Origin: an uncultured delta proteobacterium
GTDB taxonomy: Bacteria; Desulfobacterota; Binatia; Binatales; Binataceae
Direction of reading: 5' to 3'
Length of the DNA stretch: 64,000 bases
NCBI GenBank assembly: GCA_963711565.1
Contig: CAVQEQ010000004.1
Span: 1,408,001-1,472,000 of the forward strand
In this document: in pieces, positions 10,071-18,058 of the stretch
Position numbering within the stretch: position 1 is the first letter of the stretch
Layout: each line of letters starts with the position of its first letter
Position numbers and translations under genes: made by a program
Notes under the pieces: model-generated
The model's input: only the letters and a program-made list of their open reading frames with translations
What the model was told of the DNA's origin: nothing
Databases searched by the model: none

Positions 10071-12665
10071 ATGGCCGCTGAACGCAAGCAACTGATTCTG
10101 GTCGATGGCTCCGGGTACGTCTTCCGCGCGTTTCATGCGCTGCCGCCGATGAACACCTCGCGCGGGCTGCCGACACAGGCGGTGTACGGCTTCATCCGGA
10201 TGCTGCTCAAGCTGCTAAAGGGCGTGCGCCCGTCGCATATTGCGATCGTCTTCGACTCGCCGAAAAGAACTTTTCGCGACGACCTGTTCGCCGATTACAA
10301 GGCCAACCGCAGTGAGGCGCCGAACGATCTGATCGTGCAGATTCCGTATATCCATCGCGCGGTCGATGCGTTTCGGATCAAGTCGCTGATGGTCGAGGGC
10401 TTCGAGGCCGACGACGTTATCGGTACGCTCGCCAAGCGCGCGGCGAAAGAGGACTTCGTCGTCACCCTCATCACGGCCGACAAGGACTTCATGCAATTGG
10501 TCGGCCCGCACGTGACGCTGTGGGATACGATGCGCGATCGGCGAATCGGCGCGCGCGAGGTGCGCGAGCGCTTCGGCGTCGAGCCGTCGGCGCTGGTCGA
10601 TATCCAGGCGCTGACGGGCGATACGATCGACAACATCAAGGGCGTGCCGGGCGTCGGCGAGAAGACAGCGGCGGCATTGGTGCAGAAGTTCGGCAGCGTG
10701 AAAGGCATCTATGAAAACCTTGACCGTATCGAGGAGACCGGGATTCGCGGAGCGAAGAAAGTCGCGGGACTCCTCGCGGAGCATCGCGCGGCGGTGGACC
10801 TCGCGCGGAAGTTGGTGCGGATCGAGACGGATATGCCGCTAAAAGTCGAGCCGGACGAGTTCGCGTGGCACGGCGTGAACGAGCAGGTCGCCGCCGACCT
10901 GCTGCGCGAGTTGGAGTTCGATTCGATACTGCGCGAGATATCGCCTTCGCAGGTCGAGCTTCCCGGCCTGGAATCGAACGCGAAGCCGGTGGCGGCTGTC
11001 ACCGGAACCGATCTCGCGGACGCGCTCAATGCCCTGGCCGGCGCGCAGCGAATCGCAGTCGATCTCTCCGCGCCGGAGGGTGGCCAGGAAACTTTGCAAC
11101 TCGCGAGCGCCGGCACGACGATCGTCGTCGAGCATGACGGTATTGTAAGCGCCTCGCCCTTGCTCACCTCCGACCGTCCGCCCAAATCGTGTCACGATCT
11201 CAAGAATCAAATCGAAGCGTTCGCAAGGCATGGAATCGCGCTGGGCGGCGTAGATTTCGACACGATGCTGGCAGGCTTTCTGATCAACTCGGGAAAGGGA
11301 GAGCCGTCACTCACTGATCTCTATCACGAGTATCTCGCGCCGCTTGGCGCGAGCAGTCCACCGGGCACGAATGCCGCGATTGTGAGAAATCTCCGTGACG
11401 CGCTGGCGACGCGAATGGAAGCCGACGGCCTCACCTCGATGTACAACGAGATCGAGATGCCGATCGCGCCGATACTGGCCGAGATGGAAACCGCCGGCAT
11501 CGGAATCGACGGCGACGCGCTCAAAGTCATATCGAAGGAATTCGCCGAGCAGATGAACCGGCTGGAACGTGAGTGCTACGAGCTGGCCGGACGTGAGTTC
11601 AATCTCAATTCGCCCATCCAGCTTCGCGAGGTGCTGTTTACTGATTTGAAGCTGTCGGCCAAGGGCCTGAAAAAAACCAAAAGCGGCTTCTCGACCGACG
11701 CCGATACACTCGAGAAGCTCGCGGCGGTGCATCCCCTGCCGCGCAAGCTGATTGAGTACCGCACGATCTCTAAATTGAAATCCACTTACGCCGACGCGCT
11801 GTCCGAGGTGATTCGCTCGGGCACCGGGCGAATCCATACGACGTGGCATCAGGCGCTGGTTCCGACAGGACGCATCAGCTCGAGCGACCCGAATCTGCAG
11901 AACATCCCGACTCGCAGCGTCGAAGGGCGCCGGATTCGCCGCGCGTTCGTGCCCAAGCCCGGATGCGTCTTCGTGTCCGCCGACTATTCGCAGATCGATC
12001 TGCGCGTGATGGCTCATCTCTCGGGCGACAAGACGCTCGTCGAGGCATTCAACACCGGCGAGGACATCCACATCCGCACCGCGACCGAGGTGCTGGGAAT
12101 CACCCCCGACAAGGTCAACACCGAGGCGCGGCGGCTGGCCAAGGTGATAAACTTCGGGATCATTTACGGGATGGGTCCGCAGCGGCTGGCGGGCGAGCTC
12201 GGGATTGCGCTGTCGGAGGCCTCCGACTACATCAAGCGCTACTTCGAGCGGCTGCCGGGCGTGCGCGCATGGCTCGACGAGACTGTCCGCATCGCCCGCA
12301 CGACTGGATACGTAACCACGATGTACGGGCGGCGCCGCTATCTGCCCGAGCTGAATGCGCAGCCGGGCGGCGCGCGGGCGCAGGCCGAGCGAATCGCCAT
12401 CAATACCCCCATCCAGGGCACGGCGGCGGACCTGATAAAACTCGCTATGATACGGTTGGATAGAGCGCTGCGAGAGCGAGGACTGGGCGCGCGGATGATT
12501 CTCCAAGTGCATGACGAACTACTACTGGAAGCGCCTAAGGAGGAATGGGTAGAGGCGGCGGCGCTGGCAAAACGCGAAATGGAGGGGGTGGCCGAACTCA
12601 AAATTCCGCTCAAGGTGGACCTGAAATCCGGGCCCAACTGGGCCGAGATGAGCGGTGCGGCATGA
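10071..12665 (+). CDS. polA: DNA polymerase I
   Basis: 5'-3' exonuclease (LVDGS..FRAFHA, EADDVIGTL, GVPGVGEKTA); polymerase motifs TGRISSSDPNLQNIP, ADYSQIDLR, AKVINFGIIYG and QVHDEL. Confidence 0.97.
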   Translation: MAAERKQLILVDGSGYVFRAFHALPPMNTSRGLPTQAVYGFIRMLLKLLKGVRPSHIAIVFDSPKRTFRDDLFADYKANRSEAPNDLIVQIPYIHRAVDAFRIKSLMVEGFEADDVIGTLAKRAAKEDFVVTLITADKDFMQLVGPHVTLWDTMRDRRIGAREVRERFGVEPSALVDIQALTGDTIDNIKGVPGVGEKTAAALVQKFGSVKGIYENLDRIEETGIRGAKKVAGLLAEHRAAVDLARKLVRIETDMPLKVEPDEFAWHGVNEQVAADLLRELEFDSILREISPSQVELPGLESNAKPVAAVTGTDLADALNALAGAQRIAVDLSAPEGGQETLQLASAGTTIVVEHDGIVSASPLLTSDRPPKSCHDLKNQIEAFARHGIALGGVDFDTMLAGFLINSGKGEPSLTDLYHEYLAPLGASSPPGTNAAIVRNLRDALATRMEADGLTSMYNEIEMPIAPILAEMETAGIGIDGDALKVISKEFAEQMNRLERECYELAGREFNLNSPIQLREVLFTDLKLSAKGLKKTKSGFSTDADTLEKLAAVHPLPRKLIEYRTISKLKSTYADALSEVIRSGTGRIHTTWHQALVPTGRISSSDPNLQNIPTRSVEGRRIRRAFVPKPGCVFVSADYSQIDLRVMAHLSGDKTLVEAFNTGEDIHIRTATEVLGITPDKVNTEARRLAKVINFGIIYGMGPQRLAGELGIALSEASDYIKRYFERLPGVRAWLDETVRIARTTGYVTTMYGRRRYLPELNAQPGGARAQAERIAINTPIQGTAADLIKLAMIRLDRALRERGLGARMILQVHDELLLEAPKEEWVEAAALAKREMEGVAELKIPLKVDLKSGPNWAEMSGAA

Positions 12666-13287
12666 ATACTTTGCTGAATTTAGTCGTCCGCACCAGCGTC
12701 TACTCAAGTTGAGAACACCAGGCCGCCACGACGGTGATGAAGCCGAGCTAATCGAACGCTCCCGCAAGGGCGATTCGGCGGCATTCGGCGTTTTGGTTGA
12801 GCGATACCAGCGCCGAGTGGTCGGCGTCGCGCTGGCGGTGGTGCACAATCAGGATGATGCGATTGAACTGGCGCAAGAAACTTTTGTCCGCGCCTACGAG
12901 AACCTGTCGAAGTTCGAATCCCGTTCGAGCTTTTCAACCTGGCTCTACCGAATCGCGGCCAACCTCGCGATCGATTTCTGGCGCCGCGAGGGACGCCACG
13001 TGGTCCTTCATGGAGAAGATGCCGAAACCGAAATCAACAAGCTGCCAACCGCCTCGGGAGACTCGTTCAAGGAAGTCAGCCGCAGTGAACTCTCGGCGCG
13101 CCTAAAGCAAGCGCTGGAGGAGTTGACGCCAGAACATCGTGCAGTGATACTTCTACGCGAAGTCGAAGGGATGTCGTACGACGAAATTAGCGACGTTTTG
13201 CAGTGCCCAAGAGGGACGGTCATGAGCAGGCTGCACTATGCGCGAACGCACCTGCGGAGCATCCTGAAGGACGTGGCCGGGAGCTGA
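12655..13287 (+). CDS. ECF RNA polymerase sigma factor (RpoE-like); start uncertain, possibly TTG near 12709
   Basis: Region 2 (AQETFVRAY..L.KF...SSFSTWLYRIAAN) and region 4 (LREVEGMSYDEI..VL.CP.GTVMSRLHYAR). Confidence 0.9.
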   Translation: MRHEYFAEFSRPHQRLLKLRTPGRHDGDEAELIERSRKGDSAAFGVLVERYQRRVVGVALAVVHNQDDAIELAQETFVRAYENLSKFESRSSFSTWLYRIAANLAIDFWRREGRHVVLHGEDAETEINKLPTASGDSFKEVSRSELSARLKQALEELTPEHRAVILLREVEGMSYDEISDVLQCPRGTVMSRLHYARTHLRSILKDVAGS

Positions 13288-13293
13288 TCGAAA

Positions 13294-13872
13294 ATGGCTG
13301 AATGCGGTGAAATAAGCGTGATGCTCGGCGCGTTCGAGGACTCGGAGCTCGAACCGAACGAGATGCAGGAAGTCGCGTTCCATCTGGCGCGATGCGAATC
13401 GTGCACGGGTCTTCTCGCCGACTACTCGACGCTCGGACGGAACCTCAGATCGTTCGCGTCAGAGCCGTCGCTCGCCGGTTTCTCCAGCTCCGTAATCGCT
13501 CGCGTCGATCGTCTGCCGCAGCCGGTGCTGACGAGAATCGAGCGCTTCCTCCGGCGCCAGTTGGACTCCGTCGGCTCCGGCATCGCATGGGGCGGCGCCT
13601 TCGCAGCGGCCGCAATCATGACGATAATCCTGATGACGCCGTACGCTCGGCAATTCGCCAATCGTGGGACGCAGCCGACGGTAGTAGCCAGCTCGAACAG
13701 CAATGCGCCGGCAGCCAATCAAGCGGCGAACGCGGCTTCCAACGAGCCTACGATGGCAGACAACGACTCTCACGCCGACATCTCCCGGCTCGAGTCGGAA
13801 AACCATTCGGTCGCAGTCTGGAGCGAGCCGCGCCGGGATACTACGGTCATCTGGTTACCGGATCAGCCTTAG
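13294..13872 (+). CDS. Zinc-finger (zf-HC2) membrane anti-sigma factor
   Basis: C..I...L....D.EL and HLARCESC (HxxxCxxC); one TM helix; directly follows the ECF sigma gene. Confidence 0.85.
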   Translation: MAECGEISVMLGAFEDSELEPNEMQEVAFHLARCESCTGLLADYSTLGRNLRSFASEPSLAGFSSSVIARVDRLPQPVLTRIERFLRRQLDSVGSGIAWGGAFAAAAIMTIILMTPYARQFANRGTQPTVVASSNSNAPAANQAANAASNEPTMADNDSHADISRLESENHSVAVWSEPRRDTTVIWLPDQP

Positions 13873-13878
13873 GCCGCC

Positions 13879-14403
13879 ATGACGCTGCGCCCCGGTAGCC
13901 TCACTTTTCTAATTATCGCGATCACGGCCTTCGGACAGGTGGGCGTCACCTACGCCCAGCCCGCGCCGAAGCAGGTGAACGTCTATGTCGATTCTGTGAT
14001 GGCCGCGGATACCAACGAGGGAACCGACCCACGGCTCGGCGGAATGGACAAGCGGCTGCGCGGCCTCTTCGGCTTTTCGACCTACAGCCTGATCGGTCAC
14101 AACGAAGGGCAGACCGACTGCGGCAAGATGATCGCGTTCACGCTGCCCGGCGGCAAGATTCTCCACGTGCAGCCGCGCGCCATCGACGACGACATGATCG
14201 CGATGGAGATCGTCCTGTTCGACGGAACCCGCCCGATGATGACCACCGACCTCAAGCTCAAGAATAACGGGACGCTGATCGTCGGCGGTCCGCGCTACGA
14301 GCAGGGGATGATGATCATCTCAATTGGCGCGAGCACCGGCACCACATCGCAGCCAATGCAAGCCCAGGCACTGGGCACCCCCGCCGAAGCCAACACTCAC
14401 TAG
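13879..14403 (+). CDS. Exported hypothetical protein, third gene of the ECF/anti-sigma module
   Basis: Signal peptide ending TYA-Q; beta-rich domain with GTLIVGGP; 6 bp after the anti-sigma gene. Confidence 0.7.
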   Translation: MTLRPGSLTFLIIAITAFGQVGVTYAQPAPKQVNVYVDSVMAADTNEGTDPRLGGMDKRLRGLFGFSTYSLIGHNEGQTDCGKMIAFTLPGGKILHVQPRAIDDDMIAMEIVLFDGTRPMMTTDLKLKNNGTLIVGGPRYEQGMMIISIGASTGTTSQPMQAQALGTPAEANTH

Positions 14404-14415
14404 CACTTCAGCACC

Positions 14416-15072
14416 TCACAGCGGATCGAAGTACGGCAGGACGCGGCCGTCAAAATGGAATTCGCGGGCCAGGGTAATCCACTTGCGATCGATTCCATGC
14501 ATCGGCTCCGGGATACCGTCGAGCGGGAAAAAACCAGCGGCAAGCGCCTCGAGCGGATTCGGCTTGAGTTCGCCGCCGACAATTCGGCAATAGAAAAGCA
14601 TCGAGTAGATATGGCGCGCCGGTGAGCCGTACTTCTTGTTGTCGATAACGGCGAGCAAGCGCTCGGGCTCTACGATGAGGCCGGTTTCCTCGCGCGCTTC
14701 CTTCGCCGCATTCTCGGCCGGCGATATGCCTACGTCACAGAATCCGGTCGGGTACCACCACTTGCCGGTCGGCCGCTGAATCATCAGGATTTCGTCGCGC
14801 TCGTTGAACGCGATCACACCGCACCCTACCGCTGCCGTTACGTAACCTTCGTAGCCGGCAACCACCTGCTCGCGCCATTTCCGGCGCAATGCCTCCGCCT
14901 CGTCGTCGCTCGCACCGGCGACCGCCGAATGCATTCTGGCCGCCTCCTTGAGTAATTCCTCGTAGCGTTCGGAGTCGAAGCCGTCGGGCTTGAAGGCGAG
15001 TCCAGTCCGCGCGATCGCAGCGATACGCTCGATAAAGCGCGCCAGTTCGGCCAACAGATCAGAATCGGGCAT
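14416..15072 (-). CDS. NUDIX hydrolase with N-terminal extension (ADP-ribose pyrophosphatase YjhB-like)
   Basis: N-terminal IAAIARTGLAF....FDSERYEEL; Nudix box PTGFCDVGISPAENAAKEAREETGL. Confidence 0.88.
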   Translation of the reverse strand: MPDSDLLAELARFIERIAAIARTGLAFKPDGFDSERYEELLKEAARMHSAVAGASDDEAEALRRKWREQVVAGYEGYVTAAVGCGVIAFNERDEILMIQRPTGKWWYPTGFCDVGISPAENAAKEAREETGLIVEPERLLAVIDNKKYGSPARHIYSMLFYCRIVGGELKPNPLEALAAGFFPLDGIPEPMHGIDRKWITLAREFHFDGRVLPYFDPL

Positions 15073-15132
15073 CGGAATTTCCTTGTCGCGAGTTCGCCGA
15101 CAAATATAGCACGGCGGCGCGATGCGACTCCG

Positions 15133-15987
15133 ATGAAACTCATCCTCAGCCGCAAGGGATTCGACTCGGTGAACGGCGGATGCCCCAGCCCAATTCTGGA
15201 TGACCGGCTGTACTCGCTTCCAATTCCGGATTCGGGATCACCGACGACCTACGCGGAAATCTCTCCGTTTAATGGTTCGCCAATCGCGCAGATTGTCGAA
15301 GACCTGACCCACGGTCTGGTCAAGCGAAGCGACGGCGCTCATCTCGATCCGGACTTGCGACGCGGCTCGATCGCACGCGCCGCAGGATGGCGTCCGATCT
15401 TCGGGCAGGCAGGAGCCGCGCAGAGTCATCTCGCGAACGAGGGGATCAGCCCAGGCGATCTGTTCCTTTTCTTTGGATATTTTCGTCGCGCCGAGAAAGT
15501 CGGAGACGCGTTCCGCTTCGTCCGCAGCGCGCCGAGACTTCACGTTATCTTCGGATGGCTCCAGGTCGCGAGATTGGCCCGAGCCACAGGCGGTCTCGCC
15601 AATGAGATCCCCTGGGCTAACGGACATCCGCATCTCGCGATGCCCAATCGATACAAGAACAACACCCTCTATTTCGCGCGCCACCGTCTCTCGTCTATCG
15701 GCATCAACACGAGCGGCGCCGGGACCTTCGACCGGATCAGACCTGAGCTGGTGCTCACACAGACCGACCCCTATACCAATTGTTCGACGTGGCGGCTGCC
15801 GCGATGGTTCGCTCCGGGTGGACGACCCGCCCTTTCCTATCACTCAAAGGCGGCGCGTTGGACGGACCGCGCCAAGTCGGTGCGCGTGCAGTCGGCTTAT
15901 CCGGGCCAGGAATTCGTGCTCGACGTTCAGCAGTATCCGGAAGCGCGCGGCTGGTTGCGATCGATCTTCAGCGCCGGCAACAGCTAG
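15133..15987 (+). CDS. Nucleotide modification associated domain 3 (Nmad3)-like protein
   Basis: Recognised from memory of the family: MKLILSRKGFDS..GGCPSPI.....SLPIP, HLDPDL, FGQ.GAAQSHL, GDLFLFFG.F, HVIFGWLQV, HPH and GQEFV. Confidence 0.75.
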   Translation: MKLILSRKGFDSVNGGCPSPILDDRLYSLPIPDSGSPTTYAEISPFNGSPIAQIVEDLTHGLVKRSDGAHLDPDLRRGSIARAAGWRPIFGQAGAAQSHLANEGISPGDLFLFFGYFRRAEKVGDAFRFVRSAPRLHVIFGWLQVARLARATGGLANEIPWANGHPHLAMPNRYKNNTLYFARHRLSSIGINTSGAGTFDRIRPELVLTQTDPYTNCSTWRLPRWFAPGGRPALSYHSKAARWTDRAKSVRVQSAYPGQEFVLDVQQYPEARGWLRSIFSAGNS

Positions 15988-17036
15988 CGACGCGCCGCCG
16001 CGTTGCACACCGACCAGGCTGCGTCGGCCAGCGCAGGCACTCGCTCCTTGGCGCCGGCGAACAGTGGATCGTCGGTCTGGCCGCGCACAAATCGGGCGTA
16101 GCTGCCTTCCGAGATGATCGCGAGCTTGTACAACGCGAACGCCTGGTAGAACGGGAAATCGCGCATCGCGCGGCCGGTGAGTCGCTCGTATCGATCGATC
16201 ATTTCGCGCCGCGTCAGCCACCCTTCGGCGAGCTCCATGCTGGAGATCGACGCGCGGTCCGCGGGGTCGGGCCAATAGGTCAGCATCCAGCCGAAGTCAG
16301 CGAGCGGATCGCCGATCGTGGACATCTCCCAATCGAGCACGGCGATCGCGAGGGCGCTCTTCGGATAGAACATCACGTTGTCGAGCTTGTAGTCGCCGTG
16401 GACGATCGTCGGCGCCGGCGACGCTGGGATTCGCGCGCGCAGCCATTCCTTGACGTTTTCCATCACGGGCAGCGGGCGCGTGTGCGGTATCGTGCGCTCG
16501 AGCTGGTCAGTCCATCGCTTGAGCTGGCGTTCCAGGTAGCCGTCGGGCCGCCCGAAACCCTCAAGGCCGGCCGCGCGCCAATCGACCTCCTGCAGCGCGA
16601 CGAGCACATCCACCATCTGCTCGCTGACGTGCCGGCGCAGCTCGGGCGTTTGCGCAAAATGCTTGTTGTCCGCGCGCACCACGTCGCCGCGCATGTACTC
16701 CATCAGGTAAAACGGCGCGCCGATGTACGACGGATCGTCGCACACGGCGTACACGCGCGGCACCGGCACTGGGGTGTCCTGCAGGGCTTTGATCACGCGA
16801 TATTCGCGCATCATGTCGTGCGCGGTCGGCAGCAACGGTCCACGCGGCGGACGGCGCAGCGCCCATGAATGGCCGTCGAAATGAATCAGATGAACCTCGT
16901 TGGAATGGCCAAACGAGATATTTTCCGACCTGAGCGTGCTGGTGTCACCCAGCTTGCGCTCTTCGAGGAACCGCTTCAGGCCGTTGAGATCCACTGTGGC
17001 CGACGGTCCGGTTTTTTCCTGCGTCGAAGTACTCAT
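15984..17036 (-). CDS. APH/choline kinase-like phosphotransferase (ACAD10/11 N-terminal-like)
   Basis: GHSN, LRRPP..PLLPTAHDM.REY, HGDYKLDN and VLDWEMSTIGDPLAD motifs; start placed at ATG 17036. Confidence 0.88.
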   Translation of the reverse strand: MSTSTQEKTGPSATVDLNGLKRFLEERKLGDTSTLRSENISFGHSNEVHLIHFDGHSWALRRPPRGPLLPTAHDMMREYRVIKALQDTPVPVPRVYAVCDDPSYIGAPFYLMEYMRGDVVRADNKHFAQTPELRRHVSEQMVDVLVALQEVDWRAAGLEGFGRPDGYLERQLKRWTDQLERTIPHTRPLPVMENVKEWLRARIPASPAPTIVHGDYKLDNVMFYPKSALAIAVLDWEMSTIGDPLADFGWMLTYWPDPADRASISSMELAEGWLTRREMIDRYERLTGRAMRDFPFYQAFALYKLAIISEGSYARFVRGQTDDPLFAGAKERVPALADAAWSVCNAAARR

Positions 17037-17171
17037 CGAGCGGTACTGTTTTCGCAAACGCGGCTCGCGGTCAAGTGTCTGCCCCATCTTGCGACGGCAA
17101 AGCGCCGACCTATACAACGAATTGCAGTGAACGCGGCGCCAAAGTTGAACGATGGTCCGAGCGCCGGCCGG

Positions 17172-18038
17172 ATGGCCGCGATATTTCGCCTCGCGCGGCC
17201 CCATCAATGGATCAAGAACGCGTTGGTGCTGGCGGCCCTGGTATTCGGCCAGCGGCTGTTCGTATTGCACGACGTCGTGCTCGCACTCGTCGGCTTCGTC
17301 GCGTTCTGCGCACTTTCGAGCGCAGGCTACATTCTTAATGACATCGCCGACCGTGAGGCCGATCGCCTGAATCCCGAAAAATGCGACCGCCCGCTAGCGC
17401 GCGGCGATCTCACCGTAGCGGCGGCCAGCCGCGCCGCATTCGCGTTCGCCGCAATCGCAGCCGTCTTGAGTATCGTGTTGGGCCGCGAGTTCGTGGGAAT
17501 CGCGCTGCTGTACGCGGCGCTTCAGCTGGTCTATTCGCTGTGGGCCAAGCACCAGGTAATCATCGACGTGATCGCTGTTGCGATAGGATTCGTGCTGCGC
17601 GCATTCGCCGGCGGCGTCGCGATTGACGTCGAAGTATCGCCCTGGCTGGTCTTCATCACGTTCGTGCTGGCGCTGTTCCTGGTGCTCGCGCGACGGCGCC
17701 ACGAACTGATCGCGCTAGGCGACGACGCTATCGCGCATCGCAGCGCGCTCTCGGATTACAGCGTCCGGCTGGTCGATCAGATGATCTCAATCGTCGCCGG
17801 CGCGACGCTCGTCGGCTACATGATCTACACCGCCTCGGCCGAGGTCGAAGCGAAGCTCGGAACCCGCCATCTCTACCTGACGGTGCCGTTCGTCGCCTTC
17901 GGAATCCTGCGCTACCTCTACCTGATCGACGAGCGCAACGAAGGCGGCGATCCCGCGCGCGCGTTGCTCCACGATCGGCCGCTGATACTCGCGGTCGCAT
18001 TGTGGGTACTTACCGATATCGTCTTATTGTACTTCTAA
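17172..18038 (+). CDS. UbiA-family prenyltransferase (decaprenyl-phosphate phosphoribosyltransferase-like)
   Basis: RPHQWIKN, YILNDIAD.EADR..P.K..RPLA.G, GFVLR..AG and FGILRY motifs; multiple TM helices; start placed at ATG 17172. Confidence 0.85.
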   Translation: MAAIFRLARPHQWIKNALVLAALVFGQRLFVLHDVVLALVGFVAFCALSSAGYILNDIADREADRLNPEKCDRPLARGDLTVAAASRAAFAFAAIAAVLSIVLGREFVGIALLYAALQLVYSLWAKHQVIIDVIAVAIGFVLRAFAGGVAIDVEVSPWLVFITFVLALFLVLARRRHELIALGDDAIAHRSALSDYSVRLVDQMISIVAGATLVGYMIYTASAEVEAKLGTRHLYLTVPFVAFGILRYLYLIDERNEGGDPARALLHDRPLILAVALWVLTDIVLLYF

Positions 18039-18058
18039 TACTGCCGGTCGCGCGGCTC

